From positions 25,234,001 through 25,298,000 of the forward strand of contig OX597834.1 of assembly GCA_951406725.2 (NCBI GenBank): 64,000 nucleotides of DNA, written 5' to 3'. The notes under the pieces are model-generated. The model saw only the letters and a list, made by a program, of their open reading frames with translations, was not told the DNA's origin and searched no databases. The position numbers were made by a program, and so were the translations under genes. This document shows positions 14,187-29,627 of the stretch, piece by piece; positions within the stretch are counted from its first letter, which is position 1, and every line of letters starts with the position of its first letter. This stretch comes from Octopus vulgaris. Lineage: Eukaryota.

Positions 14187-14620
14187 TACACAATTTTAGT
14201 GAATATAAAAGATTCAATATCAGACGAGATATAATCTTTCGTGAACAACAAATCTGCGAAGTATTCCTGGGATTCTGTTATTGGTGAAAATAACAAAAGA
14301 GAATTTCCATAAAAGAAATAAACTACAGTTATTTTACTAGAATCAGATAAGTTTTACAAAATAGTTTTTGGATTGGCAGAACAAAACGTCACATGGAACT
14401 AGTAATGGAATACTTTGAACACAACGGATTTTCACTTCTCGAAGTTACACGTTTTAGTACACACACACACACACACACTAACACAACACACACACACACA
14501 CACACACACTTACACACGCACACACATTCACACACACACACACACAACACACATGCACGCACCCATACATATTCACACACACACATACTCATTCACTCTC
14601 AAACACATATATGTTTTAGA

Positions 14621-14658
<38 letters not shown>

Positions 14659-14762
14659 GTGTGTGTGTATGTGTGTGTGTGTCTGTGTGTGTATGTATGT
14701 ATATATATGTAATTTATGTATGTATGTATGCATATATGTATGTATGCATATAGTATGTATGC

Positions 14763-14795
<33 letters not shown>

Positions 14796-15021
14796 TGTAT
14801 GTATGTATGTATGTATGTATGTATGTGTGTATTTAGATAGATAAGCACATGTAGAAATGAGGATAAAAAATCAAATATGTGAATATGTGTGTGTATGTGT
14901 GTGAGTGCATGCGTGTGTATGCGTGCAATACAATAACAACTCGACACAAAACATATACAAAAATCTTGTAAATGTCATAGAGGGCCCCTAAATCCGGCTC
15001 ACACATTGAGACTCTAATGAT

Positions 15022-15180
<159 letters not shown>

Positions 15181-15478
15181 TATAACATGACATTTTCCCA
15201 GAATAAGTAAAACAGCATTATGTAATGGTATACTTAGACATGCACAATAGAACAGCTGGATGCACATGAGAGACAAGAGGAAGAATTTGGAAAAATATCT
15301 ATGGTTATCAGAAATCGTATTCCATGCAATGGATTTAAAATAGGCTTCAAGAAAATTCACTCGACAGATTCTTCCAATGAAATAACCTCAACATATTCTT
15401 CAAAGAGTTTCCGAAAAATACAAACTAAATACTCAATGACATTTACGCATAAGCAGGCACACACATTTACATATAATA

Positions 15479-15992
15479 TCTATATATATAAAACTGTAGT
15501 TGTGTGAGTGTCTGTCCCCTTCGATTTAGATTCCTAACTATTCCCACATTTTGCGGTGCAGTTTAACCAAATTCGGGTACCTTATAGTCGTGATTCATAT
15601 CGAGCCCGTCTGAGTATTAGCGCGCGTCTACGATGAGTCTACGATTTTAAAAAATAATTTAACATCATTTTTTATTCCATTTTAATGCATAATTTTTCGT
15701 GTGTCGATGGCGGCGGAGTTGGCGTCCATGGTCACACCTGCACCTGTTTGCTTCTCCCCCTTCTTCCCTCCCTCATGAAGCTGTGGGGAAGGGAGTGTAA
15801 GGAAATCAACGTCGTAAAGCGTTGTCAAGGAGACCAGCGTTCTTTTAGAACAACGACTTCATGGCTTGAAGACACCAAAACAGAAATGGCTAAGAAAGCC
15901 CGAATTGGCATCTATAAGGGAAGTAACTCTCTAAAAATGCTTATATAGTTATTTCCCTTACAAGCCCGAGCAACGCCAGGCGATACTGCTAG
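15479..15992 (+). mobile_element. Non-autonomous Helitron
   Basis: 5' TC(tatatatataaaactg), 3' GC-rich subterminal hairpin cccgagcaacgccaggcg then CTAG, sitting between A and T with no TSD. Confidence 0.8.
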
Positions 15993-16006
15993 TAATATAT
16001 AATACA

Positions 16007-16098
<92 letters not shown>

Positions 16099-16249
16099 TG
16101 CAGTATGTACGCGATGAATTTGATAGTTTGCATAAAAAGAAAAGAAAATTCTATGTCCCACCTAGAAATAAATTTTAGATAATCAACTAGATTATGGCTA
16201 GGATATAACACCTTACTCAAAGTAACTGCCCTCAGCTTCTTCCACCCTC

Positions 16250-16625
16250 CGGACGGTTCTGGAAACAGGCGCATGCATTGCTTACTGTGTCCCTGGAAAT
16301 ATCTTTGAACATCTTGATCACGACCACCAGCTCGGCTTTGGTACTACAGGTTGTACTGTTGACGTCTTTCTCAAAGTCCTACACAAGACCCGGTCTTGGC
16401 TATCTCTGAAAGGGAGGGTGGAGGTTGCCAATGTGTTTATCGCCAAACCGTCAAACCGTCGTTCGTTGCCCGGATCCATGATCGATCAAGTTGGAAAGAC
16501 AGTTCCATGGCTTTTTGTCCAGTGTCCGGAAGTGTCGGAGATGTGGGCTTATGCAGAACACCTGTTGTCTGGTACAAGGAGAATACAGCTATCGACTGAG
16601 TCAATTATAAAAATTGACCACCGGA
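16250..16625 (+). mobile_element. Degraded L1/Tx1-like ORF2 C-terminal (zinc-finger region) remnant
   Basis: KTVPWLFVQCPEVSEMWAYAEHLLS resembles ET..H.F..C.....W. Confidence 0.45.
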
Positions 16626-16629
16626 TTTT

Positions 16630-16996
16630 TTATCAAATGAAGGTAAGATGCTTACACATCTACCATGTGTAAGCATAACAGATCGGTTATTGTTGGCTGG
16701 GACAGACAAGGAAAAATATGTATCGCCATAGAGGTCAGCTGGTCTGCTGATGTGGATATCTCTTTGAAAATCAAAGAGAAAGGATCCCCTCCAGTTTCTC
16801 TATCCAGATTACAAATCTACATTTATATCAATAGTGATTGGTGCACTTGGTTTTATGAGTAAATGCCTAAGTGACAAGCTAGATAAGCTTGGATTTTCAG
16901 AAAAAGAAATCAACCGACTGATATGCACATTACATATACAATCTGTAAGTGGAACTGTAAAAATATGCAAGACTTTTTCCCAAGTTTAAAATGTGA
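16630..16996 (+). mobile_element. RLE-type non-LTR retrotransposon 3' fragment
   Basis: CKHNRSVIVGWDRQGKICIAIEVSWSADVDISLKIKEK...SIVIGALG...SVSGTVKICKTF. Confidence 0.75.
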
Positions 16997-17257
16997 CATT
17001 GTTTTCGTTATCTACATTTAAACGAAGGGGCTTTGTATGATTGTTAGAAACTAGCTCCTTCTTCAGAGGAAGAATTTAAATAATTAAAACCAGAGAACAT
17101 TCACTTGTGAGCATACACGCTTTAGGAGGATTACTAAATATATTGGAGTGTACGAAGAAGTTAATCAAGCGGGAAGCCTCTAAGTAGCCAGGAATTAATT
17201 ACAACTTCGTATATGCGCGCGCGTGCGTGTGTGTGTGTGTGTGCGCGTGTGTGTGTG

Positions 17258-17340
<83 letters not shown>

Positions 17341-17552
17341 CTGGAATTCAACTGATGTCCAAGCACGACGACTTCCAGGAAAGTTATACATTTCTTGACA
17401 AGAACTAACAAGGTTACTGGCCAATTACAAAATTAGGCAAGTTATGGTTAGCTCACCTTTTCTAAGTCCTTAACTAACTGGAACTAGCACCATCCTTAAA
17501 AAGCCTGCACCGTCACTAGAGGCGGTACCAAATCTCCCCATAGTCAGGGTTT

Positions 17553-17710
17553 GTTTTGCCGTACCACTACGTTACGGGGACATAAACACTGCAACACCGG
17601 TTGTCAAGCGATGGTGGAGACAAACGCAGATACAAAACCACGCACACATACGTACATACATATGTATATATGTGTGTGTGTGTGTGTGTATGTGTGTGTG
17701 TGTGTGTGTG

Positions 17711-17751
<41 letters not shown>

Positions 17752-17905
17752 TACGACGAGTTTTTTTTCAGTTTCCGGCTACTAACCCCACCCATAAGGT
17801 TTTGGTCGATCTGAGTCTATAGTAGAAGACACTTGCCCAAGGTTTCACGCAGAGGGAATGACCTCGGAGCCATGTGCTTGGGAAGCAAATTTCTTATCAC
17901 ATAGC
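17553..17905 (-). mobile_element. SINE family A, diverged copy
   Basis: ggttgtcaagcgatggtgg..tttcagtttccg..atagtagaagacacttgcccaagg..gggaagcaa. Confidence 0.8.
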
Positions 17906-17963
17906 TAAGCTTGCTGTATATGTTTGGTGAAGGCCAAAGACACACACAAACACACACAAACAC

Positions 17964-18439
17964 ACATAGAACACAAAGAGTCCAGAGGCTGGCTACTCGC
18001 ATGGTTCATGGTCTCAAAAATTTGTCCTACGAAGAAAGGCTGAGGACGCTCGACCTTTATTCTCTTGAAAAACGCCGCCGCCGTAGTGATCTCATTCTCG
18101 CCCACAACATCATAAGCGGGAAGTGTAACCTCTCGAAAGAGCTGTTTTTCACTCCTGCTCCGGAGCGTCGGCTGCGGGGTCATTCCGAAAAGCTCTACCT
18201 GCGACGATTTCATCTCAATCGAAGGAGAGGAGCTTTCTCCATCCGGGTTGCAGATCCGTGGAACAAGCTGCCAGACGAGATGGTGAAGATGCCGACGACC
18301 GCTTTGTTCAAAGCTTCCCTGGACCTCAAGTGGCCTGAACTCTTTACATGAACACCACCCTGTACTTAACTCCATGTCCCCCTACATGGCCTTGCTATTT
18401 GCTTTTGAGCCAAATTAACTAACTAACTAACTAACTAAC
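17964..18439 (+). mobile_element. CR1-group LINE, 5'-truncated 3' end with (AACT)n tail
   Basis: RVQRLATRMVHGLKNLSYEERLRTLDLYSLEKRRRRSDLI...FSIRVADPWNKLP; short 3' UTR and aactaactaact tail. Confidence 0.9.
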
Positions 18440-19120
18440 ACACATATACATATTGATATGAAGACCTGGATGGAAGAAAAGCTATGGCTATCGTAACATT
18501 GCCAGATGAATTATTTCTCATAGATTTTGGTAATGTACAATACGATATTCGTCTGAGAGGAATAGCCAAAGAAATGCAGCTGTTTACAACCCCGAAGACC
18601 AACCAATGAGAAATTAGTCTAATAATTTATTCATTCAGCGATTTTTGCTTCTACAATACAACGTAATTGATACGTAAAGTCTATTAGAATTGTGGTAATT
18701 AAAGGGGGAGATGTGTGAAGAGTGTGGAGGGAATATATTTCAATAGAGAAATCAGGAGAGAAGAGACACTGAGGAGACTGCAAGAATGAAAGTATGTAGA
18801 GTGTTCTAAAAACAAGTGAAACTCTGGGTGTGGCAATGTCGACTTTACAATACAACATAATTGTTTGTGTGATGACTAACGAGGCAAGGAGAATGTAATT
18901 AAGGATTAATTGGGAAAGATATTCAAATTATAAAAAAAAAAGTCGGGGCATGAAGCAAAGAATATCGTTTATTATAATTGAAACCCTGGGTGTGGTTACA
19001 AATAAAAAGGGATTTGCCAAAAGAATGAAGACTTTGTTGGTTCTAAATCAGAGAATTTATTGCCTACTGTATTTAGTAATTTAGGATATTGTTTGGATAA
19101 ATTTATAAGACTTCAACATA

Positions 19121-19424
19121 GGCGCAGGCGTGGCTGCGTGGTAAGAAGCTGAAAGAAGCACATCGTGCATATATATTTCTTTACTACCCACAAGGGGCTA
19201 AACACAGAGGGGACAAACAAGGACAGACAAAGGGATTAAGTCGATTCCATCGACCCCAGTGCGTAACTGGTACTTAATTTATCGACCCCGAAAGGATGAA
19301 AGGCAAAGTCGACCTCGGCGGAATTTGAACTCAGAACGTAACGGCAGACGAAATACGGCTACGCATTTCGCCCGGCGTGCTACCGTTTCTGCCAGCTCGC
19401 CGCCTTCAAATACATATGCACATC

Positions 19425-19505
<81 letters not shown>

Positions 19506-19762
19506 TGTAGATAGACAGATAAATGTGCATGTATGTGTGTGTGTTTTTGTGTCTATGTTTTTCCCCACCATCACCGCTTGACAACCGGTGTCGTTGTGTT
19601 TGCCTCCCCGTACCCTAGCGGTTCGGCAAATGATTACGATAAGGTAAGTATTAGGCTTTGAAAAAGAAGCACTACGGTTGATTCATTTGACTAAAAAAAA
19701 TTTCAAAGCGGTGCTCCAGCATTGCCGCAGTCTAATGACTGAAACAAGTAAAAGATAAAAGA
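19121..19762 (+). mobile_element. SINE family A host copy (head deleted) containing a nested SINE
   Basis: ggcgcaggcgtggctgcgtggtaagaagct|gaaagaagc ... accgcttgacaaccgg ... gcggtgctccagcattgccgcagtctaatgactgaaacaagtaaaagataaaagat. Confidence 0.85.
19177..19417 (-). mobile_element. tRNA-derived SINE family B, full length with a TSD of about 19 bp
   Basis: Minus head ggcggcgagctggcagaaacggtagc..gagttcaaattcc; direct repeat gcacatcgtgcatatatat at 19158-19176 and 19418-19436. Confidence 0.9.
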
Positions 19763-20836
19763 TTATCTTAGAGATGTTATCAAATTGGCAGTGACCCTCC
19801 ACCCTACAAGAAAAGATCACAGCTCTTACTAGTTGTACACATGTTGCCCTTCGTTGAAAATATGCCACCACCACCTCCACTGAACTTTATTTAGGAATTC
19901 TTCGATTATTTCTAACCTTAAACTGCCCCTAAGTTAGGTTTGTGCTTTATTTTTATCGTTGTTGCTATTTTATCATTGAGATTTATCCTCTGGAGGGTCA
20001 TTGTTGGCTCACGGGACGGTCTATTGTTTGTAATACATGAATTATTTTCACCTTCAAATTATTTCCACATTTAGACTTTCTTATTCTTTAAATCTTTCAA
20101 TTTCTTTTTCTTTGTATTTCGTTTGTGTTGTTCTCGTTTGTTTTTTGTTGCGGAGCTATTCTAGTGTTTTGGAATTGTAGTGTATTGTTATATTTTTTAT
20201 TCATTCTTAACCTGATAACTCTATCTTAATGATTTATATTCTCTATATTTTTATAGTGATTTGTTATTTGTGTTTTCGTGATGTATTCTGTCTTTCAATT
20301 GTTATTTTTCATTTTCTGGTCATGTTTTCGTTTCGAGAATATATCTTCTTAAATAAACTCATCTGTTTAGATCTTGTCTTGAGACACATTTAGACCTATA
20401 CATTTCCTCCAAATTTTGAACAAATATATTATCATACTTTCATTTTCTGATCAGAGTGTTGCTGTAAAATATACATGTGCAATAAAAACATATTACTCTA
20501 GTTTTCATTTCTATCTTTACCGTAATATTTACGAGACTTGAGAAACGAAAGTTCCGCAGTTTATTTAGATTGACATACTTTTCATCGGATTACATTGTCG
20601 TCTGCTGGTATTGAGTTTTGCACGCGTGATCATTCATACGTTTCGTGCATTAGATTCAAAACACACGTTTCCCTGTTAGTAACTTTTGGCTGAACGATAA
20701 GATTTTTTCATGAATTATTTGGTTGTGGGGTTCAGTAGCGAATCGGTGCTAGGTTGGCATGGGTCGTGCTCTGTTAGTTTGTTTAAACGTGGTATGAAAT
20801 CGCCGAATTCTGTGACCAGTTTCGAGATATCAATTA

Positions 20837-21047
20837 CTAGCAGTATCGCCCGGCGTTGCTCGGGTTTGTTTCGACCTTTTAGAATTGGAATTTCTGAAAA
20901 GTGAAAATTTTGCATTATGTAGCTTGTTATTCTCTTTAAGTGAATATTTTTCTGATCGAAATACACCGGAAAATGGCGACACAGTAGTCAAAAAGTCGTA
21001 AAAAATAGGGATCTTCATAGAAAAAAAGCACCTTTTTGATGTAAATA

Positions 21048-21048
<1 letters not shown>
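20837..21048 (-). mobile_element. Helitron 3' end fragment
   Basis: Reverse complement reads acccgagcaacgccgggcgatactgCTAG, the same terminus as the 15479-15992 element. Confidence 0.78.
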
Positions 21049-21586
<538 letters not shown>

Positions 21587-22419
21587 TATTATTATTATTA
21601 TTATTTCCAATCAATTTTGTCATATGCAAGTCAAATAAATTACATTAGGACACATTTACGAAATACTACATACACCTGGCGCACACATATACATACATAC
21701 ATACACATACATACACATATATATACATACATACATTCACACAGGTTGTCACATATATTCCCATAAGCCAAAATCTAGTCACTCAAAAATTTACACACAT
21801 ACACAACACACACACAACACAAACATACACACAAACACATGCACACGTAATTTGTTACATTCTTGCATTTACCAACACATACATATTGTCACTTATAGTC
21901 TATCTCTTTCTCCCTATCTCATACACGCAACACGACGCGCGCACGCGCCCATGTACGCGCATCTGCATATGTATACATATGTATGTGACCTAACATCTAT
22001 ACCTTTAAACATACACACAGGGAATCTGTGTACTAAATGCTGACACACATGCATAGGGAACATAACACGACACAAACCAGACGTGCACATAGTGCCGAAT
22101 ACGTAATTCACATACACACACATGCCCACGCATACACACACAGACACACGCAATACGCACTCATTTATTCACATACACATACATACCAACACATGCACGC
22201 ATACAGACATGCAAACAAACCAACACATACACATATATACACACACACAATACAGACGCATTTACTCACATGCGCAAACATGCACATATCCCACACACAG
22301 ACGCACGCACACACACTCACACATACACGCTCTCTCTACCCCCTCTCTCTCTATCCTTGTCACGGGTTCACACGCTTTACACACACATAATACACATCGT
22401 GCAAAAGCACACACATACA

Positions 22420-22610
22420 CACAACACACTCATACACACAACACACTCATACACACAACACACTCATACACACAACACACTCATACACACAACACACTCA
22501 TACACACAACACACACATACACAAATAGACATACACACATAACACACATCGTACAAAAGCACGCAGATACACACAACACACTCATACACACAACACACTC
22601 ATACACACAT
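22420..22610. repeat. 17-bp minisatellite (acacactcatacacaca)n
   Basis: About 5 consecutive units plus a partial copy near 22570. Confidence 0.8.
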
Positions 22611-22650
22611 ATACACACACATAACGCACATACATGCACTAACACTCACA

Positions 22651-22692
<42 letters not shown>

Positions 22693-22942
22693 CATACACA
22701 TACACGCACATCACATTCACACGACAATTGAACAAATAACGAAATTTGAAAATGCCCAAAATAAACATCCATCAATCAACCATCAAAAATAAAAACATCA
22801 TAATCATCATCATCAGCAGCAGCAGCAGCAGCTCATCAACAACAACAACAGCTATAACAGTAACCACAACAATAATAACGGCAACAGTCCAAACTATAAT
22901 ATCGAACGCTTCATCACATCAAAGAGTAATTATACAGCAAAG

Positions 22943-22974
<32 letters not shown>

Positions 22975-23029
22975 CGGGAACGGAGAAGTAAACCAACAAA
23001 AATTATAAAGAACAACAACGTTGATAATA

Positions 23030-23298
<269 letters not shown>

Positions 23299-23464
23299 TT
23301 GCAGGTGGGTTGGTTATACAAGGAAAAGCTGTATCTAGGTTCGTCTGCTGAAGTAGGCGTTGTTGTGACGTCACAAGAACACCGTTTTCTATGTTTCTCT
23401 ATCTATTTATGGATCTGTTAAACTAATTACCTACAAAACTTATATATCTTTATATCTATATATG

Positions 23465-23534
<70 letters not shown>

Positions 23535-23702
23535 TATATATGTAACTGTATGTATGCATGTATTTACATAAACTCACACATTCATACATACATACATACA
23601 TAACATACATACATACACACGCACACACATATATATATAAAGATTAATAGACTGAAAATTATATATATATAGGCATATATATATATATATGTATATATAG
23701 GC

Positions 23703-23758
<56 letters not shown>

Positions 23759-23765
23759 GTATATA

Positions 23766-23821
<56 letters not shown>

Positions 23822-23851
23822 AGATATATATATACATATTTATATATATAT

Positions 23852-23905
<54 letters not shown>

Positions 23906-24589
23906 TAAATAGGGTAATAAAAATAAATATATATTATATATATATATATATATAATTTTCAGTCTATCGTCTTTCCCGTTACGATGATGAAAACGGTGAT
24001 GATGATGACGAGGATGATGATGAGGATGATGATGAGGATGATGATGATGATGACGAACATCATCATCATCATGACGACGACGAGGAAGAGCAGCAGGAGT
24101 AGGAAGAGGAAAATGACGATGAGGACGATTATGGTGACGATGGCGATGCTGAGGACTACAAAGACGACTGACTAAAGTGATTTACAACGACGATGGCGGC
24201 TTTCAGATGAAAGTGTACGGAAATATAGAGTTTCTGTCACATACCTACCAATTGAACAAATATTACGTGTTATGTGTTCTCATTGGCATATGCGACCGTG
24301 CGTGCATGCCTGCATGTGTGTATGCGAGTGTATGCATGTGTGTGTGTGCGTGTGTGTGTGTATGTGTGTGCATGTGTGTGTGCGTGTGTGTGCGCGTTTG
24401 TGTGTGTGTGTGCGATTATAAATGCTCTTGAGAGGTGAAATTATAGCCCAATACTATCTATTTGTTATAAGTTATTTCTACTTTCATTCTCTTATTTCCC
24501 TCTATTTTCCCTATCTTCTCGTTTCCCATAATAATTTCTTATTTCGAACTCAAACATTTACCTCTCTCACATCATCTCTGATGAAGGGG

Positions 24590-24722
24590 TATCCAAACAA
24601 ATATCCGAAATACTTAATTTTGCCTCCATATCAATACACGAGAAATATTTCATCCGCTTTTTTGATTAAATAAAGAAAATATTTTTATCAAGAATTATAA
24701 ACCACAACTGAATTCCCTATAG
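24590..24722 (+). pseudogene. Penelope-like GIY-YIG C-terminal remnant
   Basis: KYPKYLILPPYQY... then KENIFIKNYKPQLNS (KE..FI....P.LN). Confidence 0.6.
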
Positions 24723-25324
24723 CAATACACCAGAGCAATAAAATTCAATTTATTCACGAAAAACGAGAAAAAACAGGCATAAATGAAAAGCTCTAGTAAC
24801 CTTCTGTCTCTGGGATCTGAAATCTTAACTCTAGACTGTAGTATGATTACACTTTGCACCTTATCACCTTTGGTTCAAAAGACAGACGAAATTCCGTGTG
24901 AAAGGACGGCTGGATTGTAAAAAAATTAATTCAAATGCCTATGTATTGTGAGCGTGGGCGTTACCTTTTCAACTACATAACAATTAGAATTTAAAATACA
25001 ACAACAAAATTATAACGGACAAAATAATTAAGTAAATAGAATCTACAACTAGCGAAATATATTTCTATATATGTCAAATAATATTAAACCAAATTCGTTT
25101 AAGTCGAAGACAATCTTTGGCTATTATAATAACATACAACAACAATATATAGGGATAGAAGTCCCTATATATTGTTGTAGGGTCTTACTCAATCTAGAAT
25201 CTGTAATAAAACGTGTAAATAAATATAAATGATAATATACTATTATACTGGTGTAGCGGTAGCTAGATAGTTGAATGATCTCCCTTGCAAGAAAGATTAT
25301 ACAGTAACCTCCCTTCCATAAGTT

Positions 25325-25670
25325 TCTCGAAGCATCTGTGTCACAGACTGAATATCAAGGATCTCCATTCAGGCCCTTTTCTCTGCCGTTCTTACATATA
25401 CACCATAGTTCTTTAGGTCCAATCGTTGATGTTATCAAACCCGTTGATTCTGGGTATTCACCTCAAAAGCTTACCATTTATCTTTCATCTAGTAATAGTT
25501 TTTGTATTTCTGGCCCTTTTCCTATGTTAACAAAGTACTTAGCTTTCTTTTTTCTTTCTGCTATTTGTAGCACTTCTTCATTAGTTTCATGTTTCGTCTA
25601 AGATATTCTTAACACTTTTCTAGTTTGTCAGATAAAGTTCTTGTTTATATCTATGTATCTGCACCATATA
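25325..25670 (-). mobile_element. Old RTE-clade LINE 3' end
   Basis: YGADT..RKVLRIS*TKHETNEEVLQIAERKRKL...VRTAEKR..WRSLI. Confidence 0.65.
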
Positions 25671-25689
25671 AATAAATATAAATAAATTC

Positions 25690-26300
25690 AAAAATGCCAT
25701 TTCTGAAAATACCGTTCGCTATATGGCTTTTTTCTTTGGACGAATGCCGTATAGAATTTTAAATAATGGCCTGATGGATATTTGTTGTTCTTTATATCTG
25801 CTACATTTAGAATATGGCTTTCCTGAGGTTTCAACCATTTTAGAGACATTACAAAATCCCATAACAACAATATGTCTTGCCTTTTCAACTAGCATTTTAT
25901 TTGATTCGCAGATTCAAGCGCAAGCATTTGGAATTGATAAGTTTTGATGCTAAAGAAATTTACGGTAATTTCATCACAAAAAATGTATCTTCAGGAACTC
26001 AATTTCATAAATCGAATTAATGCTAATAAATTTTCACTATATCTTCGGGTAGATGACATTTATTGCGTTGTTACTGTAAAAACCATTTTTCTGAATAATT
26101 CAACAGTAATTTTTCATGAAGTACTGCGTCAATTTCAAGTAAATATTTAAGATTTCTATATTTGTTTTACAAAGCAGATATTTTTATTCCTGCAACTGTT
26201 TGCAGAGCTTAGAATTCCTAGAGGTGTTGAACTCTTCCAATATTATTAAAGGAAGGCTAGAATCAATCATCCATTAATCAGGAAATTTTCCAAACTGTTC
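25690..26300 (+). pseudogene. Highly decayed Penelope-like reverse transcriptase
   Basis: ILFDSQIQAQAFGI (like F.F....Y.Q..G), MYLQELNFI..LYLR-VDDIYCV (like RYVDDIF), YLRFLY (like lpFLD), in the expected order. Confidence 0.5.
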
Positions 26301-27026
26301 TTTGAAAAACATCATTGAAAGAATTTATAAAGTATGAAGGGACTAGTTACTCCAAGATCACTTCCAATGCAGAAAAAATACCTGAGATATTTTTCGTTAA
26401 ACATATATTAAGAAAAATATGGCGATGAATATCGCTTCCCTTTATTGTCAATATTTATGATTAATCTTCTTTCACAGTTTCATTTTCCAGCAGCTGCTGA
26501 AAAAAAAAAGCCTTTCTCCTTCCTCGGCAACATTAAAATTAAAAACGGTTCCTCTTTGAAAACATTCACATGAAGTGCATTAATAAGATCTAAATCTTTC
26601 TTCCGAGACATTAACTGCACTACGTAGAATCCACAATAGCTATGTGAGAGAGTAAAAAAAGAACTGATCTGGTAATGAGGTAGATGATAAAGAAGGTTCT
26701 TAATAAGATTTTAGGTAAATTCAATCAGTCTTGTTTTTTTCTGTTTAAGATGTTTAACGTGTAGGGGGGTCATAATTATATTTAAATTTTGATAGATTTT
26801 GTATATTTCAGTACTTTTTCCTGCAAAGTTAGGTACTATCAGGGAATGAAGTTTGGCATCTTTAGTCAGAGGAAGAAAAAGCAACAAAATTAGATGATGT
26901 GGGGACGGCTAGATGCTTTTCGTCATACGTGTTATCGAGCAGATATTTCATTGATCGGTGTAGGGTAGTATATATTACATAAGAATATAATCTTTACAAA
27001 ATATAAAGTCCCCATGACGATCTCTG

Positions 27027-27062
<36 letters not shown>

Positions 27063-27249
27063 AGCGTCTGTGTGGGAGAGAAAGAGAGAGAGAGAAAAAA
27101 GTAAACACAAAATGAGGGAGAGATAGACAAAGCACGTGACACAAACTTCTCACGTAGAGTACTGACACTCACCTCTGGGTACAGAATTGCTTTTAACGGA
27201 AACAGTTGTAAGGCAATGAATGGAATTGCGCAACTACTATTCTTTGGTC

Positions 27250-27825
<576 letters not shown>

Positions 27826-27849
27826 GTAACATGTAACCCATTACAACCT

Positions 27850-28350
27850 GTTGCATCGTCGAGTCGTAGGCGACTAAACCGGCAACACCACCAAGCTTGC
27901 TTGGTGAGGAGGGTGTTTATTGGACATCTGCGGGATGAAAAACAGAACCCGTCAAAGGGCGGATGAACTCTCGAGAGTCAACGGCCATCAAATAAATGTC
28001 TTAAGGCTGTATCATGCGCGGGGACATAGAAATAATCGGACTGAATACCCGATCGCGCGGTTAAACCATTGGGAGGGAATGACTCCTAGCCTTTGTTAGG
28101 GCATCCTTCTAGGAGAAGGTAACTCAGGTAACTGGGATAACTCCGACATAAAACCTGCGGCTCAGTGGTTACCGATGATGTTGACTTGTTCTTCTTTTCG
28201 GATTATGGCTGCTGTTGCTTAGTGAGTGGGATTGACTCAGTGCACAGCCTTTCCTCACTTTAAAAAAAATCTTGCACAGGCATTGCACGATAACAACATT
28301 GATTAAGCTTCGTGCAATGGCCATACTCGATAAAGGGTGGGCAGCCACCA
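27850..28350 (+). mobile_element. Interspersed repeat, probably RTE 5'-region derived; related to 54675-55265
   Basis: Shares ggtgaggagggtg..ttggaca..tcaaagggcgga, ctaggaga.gg.aact and gagtgggattg..cctcac..aaaaaaa.tc.tgcacaggcat with the 54.7-55.2 kb copy. Confidence 0.6.
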
Positions 28351-28489
28351 TGTATGTACATACGTATGTATGTATGTATGTATGTATGTATGTATGTATG
28401 TATGTATGTATGTATGTATGTATGTATTATGTACGTACGTACGTATGTATGTGTGTATATATGTATGTATGGTATATATGTATCGATAC

Positions 28490-28598
28490 CCCCAGGGTAT
28501 CAGTTTATGATAGTGGAATTTGACCTCAAAATAAATAGTGCAAAGAACACAAATCTTTCTTTTCCGATGCTTTAACGACTCTGCCAACTTGCCGCCTT
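28490..28598 (-). mobile_element. SINE family B fragment
   Basis: ggaatttgacctca...taacgactctgccaacttgccgcct. Confidence 0.6.
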
Positions 28599-29554
28599 CA
28601 CTGTCACATTATTTCCAATATCAGCACAACTTGAGAAGGAATTTAAAAGCTTCAAAGGATGTGCGGTGATTGGAAGAATGTGAGTTTATTTGTGTGTTGG
28701 GTGTGAGTGGATGTGTGTGGTCATGTGATTGTGTGAATGCGCGCGCCTGTACACGTGAGTGAGTGTGCGTTTCGCTTTCGTCAGATTCATCAGTAATACC
28801 GAACTTAACTCCAGCAAAATTTCGAAGTCACTATGCGTGTGTTTACACATATAGTATTCATACATACATAAATACATACATACATACATGCATGCATACA
28901 TATTTGTGTGTGTGTGTCTGTATGTATGATTGTATGTATATATATATATATATATTTGTGATACAATCACACATACGCACAGACACATACGTGCATGAAT
29001 TTTTGTGTATATGTATATATATATGTGTGTGTATGTGTGTGTGTGTTTGCGCGCGTGTGTGTGTTATGTGTATGTATATATGGATGGATGCGTATATATA
29101 TATAATTTATCCAAAAATTATGCCAATAGATTTACGTATTTTGCAATTTTGTATGTATATATGCATTATGTTCATAATGTTTGGACATACACGTGTGATG
29201 TGTGAACGTATATTTGAATGTGGGAGAGGAAAAGGATTGTAAACGGACCGGTTAAATATATAATAGATATATGGATAAATAACGAAAAAAATTTTTCATC
29301 ATAACGGCCCATTAAACCAGAAAAGTGAGCCTGTGCAGAGAAAAGATATGCTAACAAGAAGATAAAAGACAATGGCAGAATTAAATTAAACATGGCCGCC
29401 AGACGTACCTATTTTCACTAAAAGCAGACGAGTGCAATGTGCTTATCATTTCACATACGAAGATATGCATGTATGAAGGTATGTATGTGTAAAAGCACGT
29501 TTGTATACACATACACAAACACACACGACACACGTGTATACATAACATCAATTG

Positions 29555-29594
<40 letters not shown>

Positions 29595-29595
29595 G

Positions 29596-29627
<32 letters not shown>

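Noticed and set aside
25690-26300. Continuation of the minus-strand RTE LINE
   Set aside because: RTE similarity fades beyond about 25670; plus-strand Penelope RT motifs in the correct order explain the region better
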